This document shows, one piece after another, positions 12,798-27,494 of a stretch of DNA of 64,000 nt. The position numbers were made by a program, and so were the translations under genes. Source of the stretch: Octopus sinensis (lineage: Eukaryota); assembly GCF_006345805.1 (NCBI RefSeq), contig NC_043002.1, positions 68,386,001 through 68,450,000 on the forward strand, in the 5' to 3' direction. The notes beneath the pieces were generated by a model. That model saw only the letters and a program-made list of their open reading frames with translations, did no database searches and had not been told where the DNA came from. The stretch's first letter is position 1, and every line of letters begins with the position of its first letter.

Positions 12798-14343
12798 TAT
12801 ATAATAAATGATGAGTTTACACATCACAAACCATTTATACAGATCACAGCACTTAACTGACATTGATATTTGTTTCAGATTACAAAGCAGAAATATATAC
12901 ACAGAATAAACAAACATTATAATCTATGTAATGATATATAATATTATTTTACATCCCTTTTACTATATTAGCAATAGTTGACATGTTGTTCCAGCACAAC
13001 ATCTCATTTGTTGCATGTGACACACACACCTGATAATAATGCTTACCCAATTAAATAAACTTGAATTACTGCCAAACAGAAATGGTGGTATATAAACAGG
13101 AACAATCAAAACAGTAAAAAAAAGAGGAAATGTTTCATATACACATGATTATTCCTACAGTTAGAATGTTGTGCCTGATTCTAGGTTTGGAGTAGATTTC
13201 TTCTAAATCACACGGAGAGTGATTGTGTAGATTTCTGAAACTTAGATGATTCACTAAATCAAAAATAGTTGAATTCCAATTAACTGGCTGCAATGACAGA
13301 TTATCATGAAACAGACACAGCTGTGTAGTTAAGAAATATTACTTGACAACCATGTGTTTTAGACATCAAGCCTACTGTGTGCTGCCTTCTACCATAGCCT
13401 TGGGATGGCCCAAATCAGTGTAAGATTTTGTGAGTGGAAACAGCATGTAACATCATCATTTAACATGCATTTTCCATGTTGGCATGGTTTGGATGGTTTG
13501 ACAGGAGTAGCAAGCCAGACGGTTGCACTGGTTTCTATGGCTGGATGCCCATTCTAACGACAACCACTTTACAGAGAGTACTGGGTATTATTTATGTGGT
13601 GCTGGCATGGGTGCTTTTTTAAGCGAAACCAGCACAGGTGCACATCTATGTGGCATCAACATAGGTGCTTCTTTAAGAGGTACTGGCATGGGTGTTATTT
13701 TACATGGAACTGGCATGAGTGTTCCTAAGATGGCGCCTGCATGGGTTCTTTTTACATGGCACCAGTACGTAGCATTATCATTATTGTTTTTGTGAGTTTA
13801 ATTCATTTTTTACCAAGAGTTGCCTAGGTTTCACTGTGTCTTCCCACTAAACATGGTCCCCCACCATGCATACGCATCAGCATGGGATGACAAAATGAAT
13901 GCATCAGACAAAGACATCTTGTGGTATTTGTTTTGAATTTGTTACATCACTTTACTCCCAGCTTGACTTCACCATTCTATCTTCCAAGGCCCACAAAACA
14001 AGTACTGGAACCAATATAACCAATGAAATCCCATGGTAATGATGCTTCAAGACCACAGTCAGTTGACTAAATCTAATAAAAGGAACATAATATTTAATAG
14101 AACATTAAAACAAAATGGGAAACAAATAATATTGTCGTAAAAAAGATGAGTGTTCAATTACATCTATACATCAACTTTCTGTGGATGGAATAAAAGGGGT
14201 GGAATTTGGGGATAAACACCCTCACCATAGAAATTTAAAAAAAATTTTTTCTTCAAAAATTTCTTTGGGTTTCTATGTTTTAAACACAATTACTTTAAAC
14301 TAGTAAAACATATATATATAAACAGGTGTTTCTAAAATTCATA

Positions 14344-14748
14344 GGCACAGGAGTGGCTGTGTGGTAAGTAGCTTGCTTACCAACTACATAGTTCCAGGTT
14401 CAGTCCCACTGCATGGCACCTTGGGCAAGTGTCTTCTACTATAGCCTCAGGCCAACCAAAGCCTTGTGAGTGGATTTGGTAGATGGAAACTGAAAGAAGC
14501 CCGTCGTATATATGAATATGTATGTATATGTGTGTGTGTTTGTGTGTCTGTGTTTGTACCCCCAACATCACTTGACAACTGATGCTGGTGTATTTACGTC
14601 CCTGTAACTTAGTGGTTCGGCAAAAGAGACCGATAGAATAAGTACTAAGCTTACAAAGAATAAGTCCTGGGGTCGATTTGCTCAACTAAAGGCAGTGCTC
14701 CAGCATGGCCACAGTCACTTGACTGAAACAAGTAAAAGATCAAAAGAG
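14344..14748 (+). mobile_element. SINE family A copy
   Basis: Co-linear with 8965-9370 from GGAGTGGCTGTGTGGTAAG to GACTGAAACAAGTAAAAGA. Confidence 0.85.
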
Positions 14749-15058
14749 TTGGTTGAAAAGCAAGGCATTAAATAAAATTAAAGCAACAAAAATATATTCA
14801 AATATAATGATTTTACCCTCAAACATTATATGTCTTTCAGAAGGTTACTCATTCTCTGTTTCAGTACTTCATTCATAACATTCTTTAAAGATTTTATGGT
14901 GAGAAAGAGTATCACATTCAGTTAAGTGAAGCATTTATTTAAAAGATCTAAATTATAGTACCCAGGTTTTTATTATTCGAGCTTTATGTCTCCAGTCTAC
15001 AACAATATGGCCACAATGAGGTCACTGAGGTCATAGATATTTATATTTCATTGATAGA

Positions 15059-15060
15059 TG

Positions 15061-15126
<66 letters not shown>
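15059..15126. repeat. (TG)n microsatellite, representative of many simple repeats
   Basis: Others include (TA)n at 4430, 9616, 21842 and 41705; (AAT)n at 8270 and 8543; (GGATT)n at 20717; (GGGTT)n at 42234; (TAC)n at 42444. Confidence 0.95.
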
Positions 15127-15129
<3 letters not shown>

Positions 15130-15944
15130 AATAGAACATTTATAGAACATTAAAACAATATATGAATAAAAAAACTTTTGTTTTGTATTTTATTCACTTG
15201 TCATTGTTTTAAGATGTGTAATTATTTGGAAATGGTTGGGTAAAATGGAGGTAGATGAATATAAATGAAGTCCAGATGATGACATTCTGAAAATTTGATT
15301 TTAGTTATGTCTACTTTAGTTTTGTGATATTATTGATAGTCTGAGAATGTACCACTAAGGAGGTTTAATAAGACATCAATAGCAAAATATAGACTTCCAG
15401 AGTTATGCCCATATTTGCCGAAATGATTAAAATAATGTTAGTCATTAAGCTAATGTATTTTCTTTGCTATATAAACATTCCTAAATAGATTTCTTGTACT
15501 CATTGCATTCAATATATTGATACTAACTTAACTATTACTTTTTCATGCAGATGGCACCTGAGTGGGGTTTTTTTTCTTTTTAAATGTCATACTTTATAAT
15601 CATGAAGTGGCAGAGAAGAACCCCTACATGCTTATCTAGTTTGGACATTATTTCTTTACCCATCTTTGAAACACACAACTACCATACAATTCTTTGCATG
15701 GATAGACAGAGACACACAGACAGACAAACAGACGGATGGACAGACACACACAGACATGGACACATATATGTAAACCATCATCATCTAATGTCCATTTTCC
15801 ATGCTGGTATGGTTTGGATAGTTCGACAGGAAGGAGCTGGCAACCCAAAGGACTGCACCAAACTCCAATGTCCATTTTGTCATAGTTTCCACGCCTTTCC
15901 AAACACCAAGCACTTTATAGAGTGTACTGGGTGCTTGTGTATAT

Positions 15945-15978
<34 letters not shown>

Positions 15979-16374
15979 CCTTACAAAGATATACATATGT
16001 TTGTACATTCACTTTTCCATGTTTGCATGGACTGGACAATTACTGAGGCATTGTTTTGCAATCAAATGCCCTTCCTTACCAGTTTTTCAAGTAAGGGGTC
16101 TCTTAATTCACATGCCCACAAAGGTGCAAAGTGGTTGGGCAAGCTGACAAAAGTAACAACAATGCTCATAGCAACTTATCAAAGACTGAAAATATAAGCA
16201 CACACATGCATGTACATACAAGATTCTTTCAGTTTCCACCTATCAGTTTCAATTACAAGGCATTGATTAGTCTAGGGCTATAGTAGAAGATACTTGCCCA
16301 AGATGTCTTGCAGTGGGACTGAATCTGAGATCACATGATTGGAAAGTAAACTTCTCAACCATACAACCATACCT

Positions 16375-16703
16375 GATGTGATACTTGTGCCAGTGGCATG
16401 TGAAAAGCACCATCCGAATGTGGCCGATGCCAGCGCTGCCTTGACTGGCTTCTGTGCCGGTGGCACGTAAAAAGCAACAACCGATCGTGGCTACTGCCAG
16501 CCTCCCCTGGCACCTATGCCAGTGGCACGTAAAAGGCATCCACTACACTCACGGAGTGGTTGGTGTTAGGAAGGGCATCCAGCTGTAGAAACACTGCCTG
16601 ATCAGACTGGAGCCTGGTGCAGCCTCCTGGCTTCCCAGACCCCAGTCGAACCGTCCAACCCGTGCTAGCACGGAAAACGGACATTAAACGATGATGATGA
16701 CGA
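16375..16703 (+). mobile_element. Family C element (RTE 3'-end-derived SINE or extremely truncated RTE) with (ATG)n tail
   Basis: Matches the RTE 3' UTR (GGCACGTAAAAAGCAC repeats; TTAGGAAGGGCATCCAGC; CCAACCCATGCTAGCATGGA; GGACGTTAAACGATGATG). Other copies at ~13450, 15775, 27378, 29990, 47140, 52785, 53058, 56432, 57022, 61209 and 62892. Confidence 0.8.
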
Positions 16704-18237
16704 TCATCATCATCAGCAGCAGCAGCCTGAAAGTACAACAGTTTGTGTTTCCAGCTCGCCCTCTTACTATTATCAATAATTCTCATTTTAATATCTCTGG
16801 GCATAACACACTAAAATATTCATATGTTCATTTCTGATAAGGCAGTAAAGTATATACAATCACTTTTACAACTACTACTGCTACCACCACCACCTCCTAA
16901 ATGATTCATTCTAAATTAAGAATATTTAATGGAGGAAGGCTTCACATTTAAATAGCTCTTCTAAGTAGAGTTGCTCTCTTTGCCCATCTAACAACCACTG
17001 CTACTATCACCAACACTACTGCTGCTGCTTTCTTATTTGAACTCCTCACCTTTTCCTTTTGGGGGTATTAGCTCTTTCTACCTCCCCAGCTCCAATTCTT
17101 AGCTTCTGCCACCTCAGTTCACCTTGCACCTCACACTTGTGAAACCTTCCACTCTCCACCTTCCCCACTGCCTACAGGCCAAAATAAGGAGCAAGGACCG
17201 AATGCAGTGAACTAATTGTTACCTGATGCAGATCATCATCATCACCAATAGTTTTATCTAATTCAAGCTTTACCTTTTCAGTCTTTTTTTTTTTTGTTTT
17301 GTTTTGTTTCTGACAAGTTCATATTTCACATTAAGCACATAATTGTCAACATCCACCAAAACAATTTTTACCACTAAGAAGCTTTTGATGAATTTATCTG
17401 GTGTAATTGACACTTTAAATCTTCCTGGCCCTCCCTCATTTGTTCATATTTCAGACTTCAGAGTAGTTTGTAAGGGGGCAGGTTCGATGGGGTAGAAGTC
17501 TGTTTAGGATTAAAAGGTAATAACAAGGTATGAAAGATGAAAATAAAATACTAGATTCTATAAAAAGGTAAACTCACATGACAATAGACTATTTTAGTTG
17601 AAAATAAATATAAAATAGCTTCATTAAATTTTGGGTTAGAGTCGTATTAAAAAAAAAAGATATAATTAAATAATCAGATAAGAATTAAAGGTATAAAGGT
17701 ATAAAAGTGAACTCAGAAACAGAGAGAACAGAATATGTAAATATTAATGACTGGAAGCTAATTGTTAACTGAAACAATCTTTTATCTTTTACTTGTTTCA
17801 GTCTTTTGACTGACGCCATGCTGGGGCACAGCCTTGAATGGTTTAGTTGAACAAATTGACCCTAGTATATATTTTTAAGTTTGGTATTTTATTGATCTTC
17901 TTTGCTGAACCGTTAATTTATGGGATCATAAACAACCAACCCACACACACATGCATATGATGGGATTCCACACAGTCTCCATTTGTCAAATTCACTCACA
18001 AGGGATAGGTTGGCTTAGAGCTATAGCCGAAGACACTAGCCCAAAGTGCCATGCAGTGAGATTGAACCTGAAACCACATGTTCACAAAGCAAGCTCCTTA
18101 GCCATACATTCATGCTTGGACTGACTTAAGAAACTTTTGAACTGACAGGAAAGGAATAAAGCAAGAGGATACTATTAAATTAAATTAAATCAACCTGTAA
18201 TAAGGATAAGAAGAATGAATAACATTCAGTTCTTGTA

Positions 18238-18455
18238 AGGCAGCAAGCTGGCAGAAACGTTAACATGCTGGGCGAAATGCTTAGCGGTATTTCGTCTGTC
18301 TTTACGTTCTGAGTTTAAATTCCACCAAGGTCAGCTATGCCTTTCATCCTTCCTGGGTCGATAAATTAAGTACCAGTTGCATACTAGGGTCAATCTAATC
18401 GACTGGCTCCCTCCCAAAAAATTTCCGGCCTTGTGTCTAGAGTAGAAAAGAATAT
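18238..18455 (+). mobile_element. SINE family B (GGCAGCAAGCTGGCAGAAACGTTA... head, GTTC/TAAATTCC B-box-like motif)
   Basis: Similar copies at ~39790-39992(+), 1380-1595(-), 7905-8135(-), 8330-8530(-), 20950-21100(-), 42280-42630(-) and 53248-53483(-). Confidence 0.8.
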
Positions 18456-21400
18456 TCAGTACCAGGAGGAGAATAAATAGCATCAACCCTCTGACTCATC
18501 AAATCCTGTCAAACCAGCTAACCCACACCAACAGGAAAGCCACATGTTTTATGGTGATAACAATCTCATTATAAAGCTATGAAACTATTGAGGTTAGAAG
18601 TGTTTAACATCCACACACACTTAGGACGTTGAATTTGTTGAGTAAACAGAGCACTGGACAAAATGTCTTGAGCTATTTATTCTGACATCTCATGTTCTGA
18701 GTTCAAATCCAATGAAGGTCAACTTTGCTTTTTATCATTCCAGAGTTGATAAATAGAAGTATTGGCCTAGGATGGAGGAATGATGGAAATGTTTGAGTGT
18801 CAGAGAGGATGCCTTATGGCATTCATTTCGAGTCTTTATGTTCTGAGTTCAAACCTCATCATCGTTTACTTGGGTGGTAGACTTATTCTGTCACCTCGTT
18901 TAACATTCCAATCTGGTCCTTGGGTGCTTTTAGCAGAGACCACTCTCTTGTAAGCATTCAAACTAAGACTTTGGGTTGGGAATATCTTCCTCTCTCTCTC
19001 TCTCTCTCTCTCACTCACTCACCAGTCTCACAGCTTCTATATAGGGTTAGGAGTATTGTCATTCTTTCCTGACTAAGCGATAAAAAAAAAACATGTACAT
19101 GTCAGAGATGGAGAGTGTTGTAACACATTTACCAGTAGGTGCATCATTGAAAACTGCCTGCATTTAGAATATTGAGGTTGATATAGTGTGTGTGTGTGTA
19201 TATAAACATACATCCACACATAAATCACAGCCATCATACATAAGAAAGTATGACTTGATAGCATGTACCCTGCTGTTGTTAATTGTTCAAGGTGTCCATG
19301 TAGTCACAAGCAGACAGATACCCTCTTGACTTTTCACCTCTAGACCCAGCACAACATCAAGGATGTAATAGCTGAGGGAGAGAGAGTTGCACTGGTATTT
19401 AGTAGTAGTAGTAGAGAGAGAGAGAGAAAGAGAAACAGACAGACTGACTTGGTCACTTGTAGTCAGTTGAGAGTGCCTCTCTTTCCAATGTTCAATGCTG
19501 AAATAGAAATAACTACTCCGAAATGCATGCATCCAGTGATCTGGGTGCACTGGTCAGACACGGTGCATTCACACCTTTTTGTTTACAGTGAGAATTTTTC
19601 TCCATGATAGGGGTGGGTGTGAATATTTCTCAAGCATATTTGAACTAGTAACAGGTTCATTCTAGAATATCTAATATCTAAATAGAAAAATTTTTAGGAA
19701 GAAAAATAATAGCTAAATTAAAACATTACTGAAATCAAGACTGCGAGTTATTCAGTTCATCTTTAGGATAGAACTAAGCTGTAATAACACATGCACCCCA
19801 TAAAACTTGATCATTTGTATGTTTTCAAAGGACGAGAGAAGCACAATCTTTGTATAATCATTATACAGTTTCTAGATTTCATTGGGATAAGAAGAATTTG
19901 GAAGATTTGATGGTGAATATAAGACTAAAGTATTTTAATTATGATTATCTTTCTGTGTTCTACAACTGAGAGATGATATAAAATGTACATTGCTAATTTT
20001 TTGAAAAATTTAGTTTATAAATATTTTGACTTTTTTCTTTTTTTTCAAAATAAAAAAATGAAATATAGATATGCATTTCATCTTTTTGATGAAATGCTTA
20101 TCATTTCATCTTTTTTCATGTCATCTTTATCTTTCCTATTTGGAAGCACAATGTCTATAATGGGACACAATGCCATCCTCATAAATTCTAGTCATACTGC
20201 AGCAAGTGTGGCAGCAAGTTTGCTTCCCAACAACATTGTTTCAGGTTCAGCTATAGTGTCTTCCACCATAGCTCTGGACCAACAAAACCTTCCAGTAGAG
20301 AGAAACTGTAAGAAGCTTGCAATATGTATGTGTATGTGAGTGAGTTACTGTCTCTTTGCCTTGACATTATGTGATAGTTGTAAGCAAGTGTCACCACCAT
20401 GCAAATGATGTCTATTTCCCATAGTTCACGAAAAAATGTCTTGTCATGAAGCAATATTACCTTGCTTGGAAACAGGTGAAGGTTGATGACAGGAAAGTCA
20501 TCCAGTTGTAGAAAATCTGCCCCAACATATTCTGTCCAACTCATGTGAGTATGGAAAAGTTGACATTAAAACAATGATGATTCTGTCATCCTTGAACAAG
20601 GTACATGACTCTACATGCATTATAAACAGTTCAAAAATATGATAAATTGATCTGCCTCAAAGAAAAGAACAAAAAAATCTAAGATTTTGAGCAGAAGGAG
20701 GAAAAGATCACTCTCTGGATTGGATTGGATTGGATTGGATTGGATTGCCCATATTCAGTTCACGCAGTACAAAGGCTTCAGCATGTTCCCTCCACCAACC
20801 ATAGTCTGATGTGGAGGTTGTGGATTTAAGCTTGAGATCATACTATTTTGATGAGCCTTCTCTGCCACACTGGCTAGACATGGATTGGCAGAGGGAAACA
20901 GTTTTTTTTGTTTGTTTTTGTTTTGCTTCTTTTTTACTCATACCCAGCAGTAATTAAGTCAATTACATTGACCCCAATGCTCACTGGTACTTATTGTATT
21001 GACCATTCAGCATAATTTGAACTTAGAACATAAGGAAGAACGAAACACCTCTAAGCATTCTGCCTGGCATGCAAACAATTCTGCCAGGTCACCACTTAAT
21101 GAATGGCATTGGCCAAAATGTTAGACTTTCTCCTCTTCTTCACAGTAAATTAATTTATTCCATTTTCAAACTGTTTATAATCACTAACTGCCTTTACAGA
21201 TAACCACTAGTTTCCTTGGATCCTAACTGTTTACTCAATGTGTTCTAGTTTGTCTGACAGATAAAAACAAGAGCTGCTCCAGCTTCACAGCCGAATGGCT
21301 AGCAGTAAGAACGGCAGCCAGTAGTTATGTAAATAACTGCACCAACAAAACCATTTCACTTACCATCTCCTCCGTACCAACATGAAAAATGAATATAAGC

Positions 21401-21839
21401 CAATTAGAAAAAAAAACTATTTCTAAAGAATATTTTAAAATAATTTCTTCTAAATTTATCCTTCTATCAAATTTGTGGCCTTGTGCCAATGTTAGAAATA
21501 GATACAAATTACTTCATATATCTCAAAGACTAATAAGAGAATATAAAAAATCCTTTATTAAAATAATCAACTTGAAAATTGTCATGTGTTTAATGTATTT
21601 GAGGGAAAGGCTATCACTTTATTTACACAAGTGTGTGTCTATACAGTATATTTTGGGTTGAGATGGTCTCTTGCTACTCTATGTCTCACTTATAAGTGCA
21701 GAGGGTCTTCAAGCAATTCAAAATTTGCCTAAAAATCATGTGCACCTACAGGAAAAACTCAGAGTAGCAGGAGACTGTCTGAATTAAACATAAAAATATT
21801 ATTAATTTGTTACCATATTAAATACTCTTTCTTCCAACA

Positions 21840-21885
<46 letters not shown>

Positions 21886-23973
21886 GTATCTTATATATTA
21901 ATTACATTATGTAAAAGTATTTCATTTACTATAGTCTAATGATCAAAATATTTTTTTAAATGCTCAACAAAGGAAGAAAAAAAAAACCCATCAATTCAGT
22001 GTTTTTGTTCTATTATTTGTTTACGTGTGAAAGACAAGAAGTATCAGTGATTCTTTCCGAATGAAAGACTGGAAGAGGAATGTTGGGTTAGTCTAGTACA
22101 GTTAATGTTCGTTCAGTTTGAATTGATGCAAATTATTAATAAAAAAAAAAAAGATGGAAAGGATTTCTTGAAAAAAAAACCCAAAATAATGATTACCAAA
22201 AGAAAAGGGAAAAAAAAGGAAATAATTATAAATGGAAGCAATTCTTGGAATTATAGCTAAGTGTGCAGTCCGAGTGGTGTAACATGGCAAGGATAATAAG
22301 AGTTAACTGCATTCAATGGGTTTACAGAAAGAGAGGGAGAGAGAGAGAGAGGAGGAGGGAGGGAGGGAGTAGTATAGATAGAGTAAGCATATTCAGATGA
22401 GCGGGTGCTATTGTAGCAGTATTAGAAGAGATTGAAAGCAGACACCATGCATATATTATGCTATCATGCATATGTCATGCTACTGCTGTATATTTTTGAA
22501 GAAATTGCTGTGTGTGTTATGATGTTTGATTGACATAAAGCTTGTTACTGAAATAAATTTTAAAATTCTTTCATTTGTTATTGGTTATTGCTGTTGACAG
22601 GATCATTAACATATGCTAAATATTTTTGCATCAGAAATATTTAGCAAATAAGCCTAATATGACATTTTAAATTATTATATATTTACATATTAAAAAAAAA
22701 TCCATCAGTTTGCCTATTTCCTTTTTGCTCTCTCTCTCTCTCTCTCCCTCCACTTCTTATATTTCAGTTTTAAAAAACTTGCAGTAGTCATTATTTTTTT
22801 TTAAAATGTATTCTGAAACAAATTTATTCCAATAGATATTAAAAAAAGAAGAATTCAAATTAAAAAATTTTTTTTTTAATATTCTAATTACATTTAAGTA
22901 TTCCTCAATAAGATGTAATTTCATATTTAATTTTCTTCTTTTTATCTGTTTAATCGTAAAAACATGTTATATGAATTAAATGATGACAATGATGATGAAA
23001 AGATGAGTGAAAGAGTGGTCATCATCCACAGATTCTATGTCCATCTTTCCATGTTGAGTTAAAGACGACATTTTTTTCTTTCTTTTTGAAGTAATGGCTC
23101 TACTATTGAATGCCCTTCCAGATTGCAACCCTTTTAACTGACCTTACTGACATGCAGAAATATGGTGTAAACCATCATCATCATTATTCAGTATCTGTTT
23201 CCTGTGCTGGTCTGGTTACGAAAGAATGTAACTTTTAAAACACATGTTTCATCATGTGAAATAGCAACTCTTCATTATCATCATTTAGCATCATTGGATG
23301 ATGTGACAGGATCCAGCAAACCACAGGGCTGCGATGACCCCCAATGTTAGCTTTAAAAGGTTTCTATGGTTGGATAACCTTCCTAATGCCAACTACATGA
23401 CAAGGTGTGTACTGAGTGCTTTTCTTGTTGCAAGACAGGAAGAGAGCAAGAAAAGGAAAAAGAAAAGAAAAAGCTCCCTCAACAAAGTAGTGATGGTGGT
23501 GGTGATGTGAGTATTTGAGAAGAGGAGTTGGTTTTATGCCATATGTTGAAAGGCTACAGTATAATAGAAGTGCAGGTGTTTTGCTACAGAGAAGACACTT
23601 GATTACCCTGCATTTTAAAAGGGTGGATGGATGTAGCTGAGAAAAAAGATAAGACTGTAGTAACGGGGAACAAGAAAGTAAGCATAAGAGAGGATATAGA
23701 TAGTGGATCAAGGGGTTAATCTAAGATGAGTATGGTTAATGATATTTTATTGAAGTCATATCATAATCACCCTTGATTTCCTGAATGGTTTCATTCAAAA
23801 TATAACAAAAAGTTACTCAACCAGTTAGGTTAGTCATACAAAATATTGTATTTTAATACAGTTGCTAGAATTCAGAGAGACAAGTTGTGGACTGCAATGG
23901 TAGGAATCGATTCAGTAAAACTGAAAATTGATATTTCTCGTATGTCTCAGAGTGAAAAACTGTCTACTGTATA

Positions 23974-25788
23974 GAGTGAAGTTTTTTCTAGCTTCAGGGA
24001 CAATTTTTGTTATACAAATAAACAATGAATGATTTACAAATTAGATTTTTAACCATTCAATAATCTTTTCAACTGAAGACAGATCAAACCTTTAGTTTGA
24101 CATGGGAAAGGTTGTGTGGTTAAGAAGTTTGCTTCTCAACCACGTGGTTTTGGGTTCAGTCACACTGCAAAGCATACAGAGCAAGTGTCTTCTACTACAC
24201 CTTCAGACCAACCAAAACCATGTGGGTGGATTTGATAGACAGAAACTGAAGAAAGTTTGTTGTATATGTATGTGTGTGAGATGATGACGGGGAGGAGTTA
24301 AATGACTGGGAAATATTTCCTGGTTAAACACTTTGAGTATCCAATTTTACAAAGGCATGTAACTATTAAAATACATGTTTCACGAAGTGAAATAACAAGT
24401 TTTTCTTCCCATTCACAAAAATAATTTTGTTTGATACATTACCAAATGATTTCCTGACCATTTACTATTTTATCAAATATTATTCCCACATATAAATATA
24501 CATCAAATAAAAGTTTTAATTTTTATTTTTAAGATAATGATATATCTTACACACTCTTTTGTTGTGGGTTCAACAAGACTAAATCAACCTCTAATCTTAT
24601 TATCAGGCATGTGAAACGAAACTAAACCAAGACCAACAAAGTTAAAAACACTCTTCCCTAACGACATTTAAGATATAGGGATAAATACTTTGATACAAAA
24701 ACCTTTCAAAATCAAAAAATACCTTTTTAAGATCTATAATCCAGATCAATTTGGTAAGTGCTTTAATACAATCACTAGAATTCAAAGAGACAAGTTGTGG
24801 ACAGCAATGGTAAGAATCAATTCAGTAAAATTGAAATTTCTTGTATGTTTCAAAGTGAAAAACTACTGTTTGGAGTGAAGTTTTTTCTAGCTTCAGGGAC
24901 AATTTTTGTTATACAAATAAACAATGAATGATTTACAAATTAGATTTTTAACCATTCAATAATCTTTTCAACTGAAGACAGATCAAACCTTTAGTTTGAC
25001 ATGGGAAAGGTTGTGTGGTTAAGAAGTTTGCTTCTCAACCACGTGGTTTTGGGTTCAGTCACACTGCAAAGCATACAGAGCAAGTGTCTTCTACTACACC
25101 TTCAGACCAACCAAAACCATGTGGGTGGATTTGATAGACAGAAACTGAAGAAAGTTTGTTGTATATGTATGTGTGTGAGATGATGACGGGGAGGAGTTAA
25201 ATGACTGGGAAATATTTCCTGGTTAAACACTTTGAGTATCCAATTTTACAAAGGCATGTAACTATTAAAATACATGTTTCACGAAGTGAAATAACAAGTT
25301 TTTCTTCCCATTCACAAAAATAATTTTGTTTGATACATTACCAAATGATTTCCTGACCATTTACTATTTTATCAAATATTATTCCCACATATAAATATAC
25401 ATCAAATAAAAGTTTTAATTTTTATTTTTAAGATAATGATATATCTTACACACTCTTTTGTTGTGGGTTCAACAAGACTAAATCAACCTCTAATCTTATT
25501 ATCAGGCATGTGAAACGAAACTAAACCAAGACCAACAAAGTTAAAAACACTCTTCCCTAACGACATTTAAGATATAGGGATAAATACTTTGATACAAAAA
25601 CCTTCAAAATCAAAAAATACCTTTTTAAGATCTATAATCCAGATCAATTTGGTAAGTGCTTTAATACAATCACTAGAATTCAAAGAGACAAGTTGTGGAC
25701 AGCAATGGTAAGAATCAATTCAGTAAAATTGAAATTTCTTGTATGTTTCAAAGTGAAAAACTACTGTTTGGAGTGAAGTTTTTTCTAG
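23974..25788. repeat. 899-bp near-perfect tandem duplication
   Basis: Identical ORFs at 24102 and 25001. By eye the copies differ only by a T indel (24701 ACCTTTC vs 25600 ACCTTC). Confidence 0.95.
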
Positions 25789-26740
25789 TTTCAGGGACAA
25801 TTTTTGATATACAAATAAACAATGAATGATTTGTAAATTAGATTTTTAACCTTTCAATAATAATCTTTTCAACTGAATCAAAGGTTGAATTTGCTGAGAC
25901 GTGTTTTCATTCTCTAACTTGAAATACCATAAAGCCTATTCAGATTCTTAGATGTATACTACACAAAGACTACAGTAGAAAGATGTTTAATTCCAAAGTA
26001 GAAACAAGCAGGTTATTAAACAGCTATTGTCCACGTTTATATGAGTATATCATGTCTAATGTCAATGAGTTAGGGCTGAAACAGAGCATGTCAGAAGAAA
26101 AAAAAAACATAACATGAATCAGACTTAATTAATGACTTTCTTAAGGTTGTTATGTGGGGGAGGATGGGGGTGAGGGGAGAAAATTAAAAGTTAAAAGTTT
26201 TTTTACTATATTAAATAAAAACATATTTTTCAATGTAGCTGTCTGAAATTAAAAAATTAAAAAACCTGACAATAAAATGGTCAAGGAAATAAATCACAAC
26301 TACAGCTGAATTTCTTTACAGTAAATTGAAAATATTTTGATAACTAGGAAAAAGTATTAGAGACACTAATACTTATGTTTTCATGTTGTTTTCATATATG
26401 TTTCAATGTTATGGTGTATCTTAGGAGGGTCATTATGCCAATGACAAACACATGCACTGGTTTTATTTAACTTCTCTCGTTATTTATTTGTTAATCGGTT
26501 AACTATTTAACCAATTAACCAAATGATTGCTTAAATTAATTGCTCAGTTGCTCAACCAGTCAGTTAGGTTTGTCCAAGTCCTTTCATTACCACTTGCAAT
26601 CTTATCAATGATATGATCACTCATTCCAGGTATGCTTCAGGTTAATTCTATGTTAATTCACATCATATCAATATTTATTATCCCTAGTTTCTATTAGTAT
26701 CTTTAATGGGTTTTTTTTTTTTTGCGGTCCTATCTTATGA

Positions 26741-26778
<38 letters not shown>

Positions 26779-27494
26779 CAGTAGGTGTGTGTGTGTATGT
26801 TTCCGCTAGGAAAGGAATGCAAGCATAAATTTTCTGCATCAGTTATTTAGGCAGATTTATCTATTTAATGAAAACTTCAAAACCATAACAATATTTACAA
26901 TCTGATTGTCACCAACCAAACAAAACGGAAGCAACTGTCTAAGGAGTAGCAAGAAAGAATAGAAACCCATTTATGTTGCCTGATAAAAGAAAAAAGATTA
27001 CAATTCATGCAATTTATTATCATAAGTTCCTTTGCTTTGTTTGCAACATGTTAATAATAATAGATATGATACAATGAGAATAGTGAACATCATTGTAAAA
27101 GCTAATAGAGTTTAACAAGTAGTCCATCAAGGGATGGACTACTTGATGTAGACAATTGAAAATGTGAATATGAATACCATCTTGCTTTAAACGAAAGCTC
27201 ATAACATGACATCACATATATTTTATCACACACACACACATACAACAGGGTTTTTCAGTTTCCATCTACCAAATTCACTCACAAGGATTTAGCTGGCCCA
27301 AGACACTTGCCCGAGGTGCCATGCTGTGGGACTGAACCCATAACCACATACATATATATATATATGTATATATATATCATTATCGTTTAACGTCCATTTT
27401 CCATGCTGGCATGGGTTGGATGGTTTGATTGAGGTCTGGAGAGCCAGCGGCTGCACCAAGCTCCAATCTAATCAGCAAATATTTCTACAGCTGG

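Noticed and set aside
19983-20339. 118-aa ORF and other 60-160-aa ORFs in AT-rich or SINE sequence
   Set aside because: Low complexity, overlap with repeats or microsatellites, and no motif or splice support.
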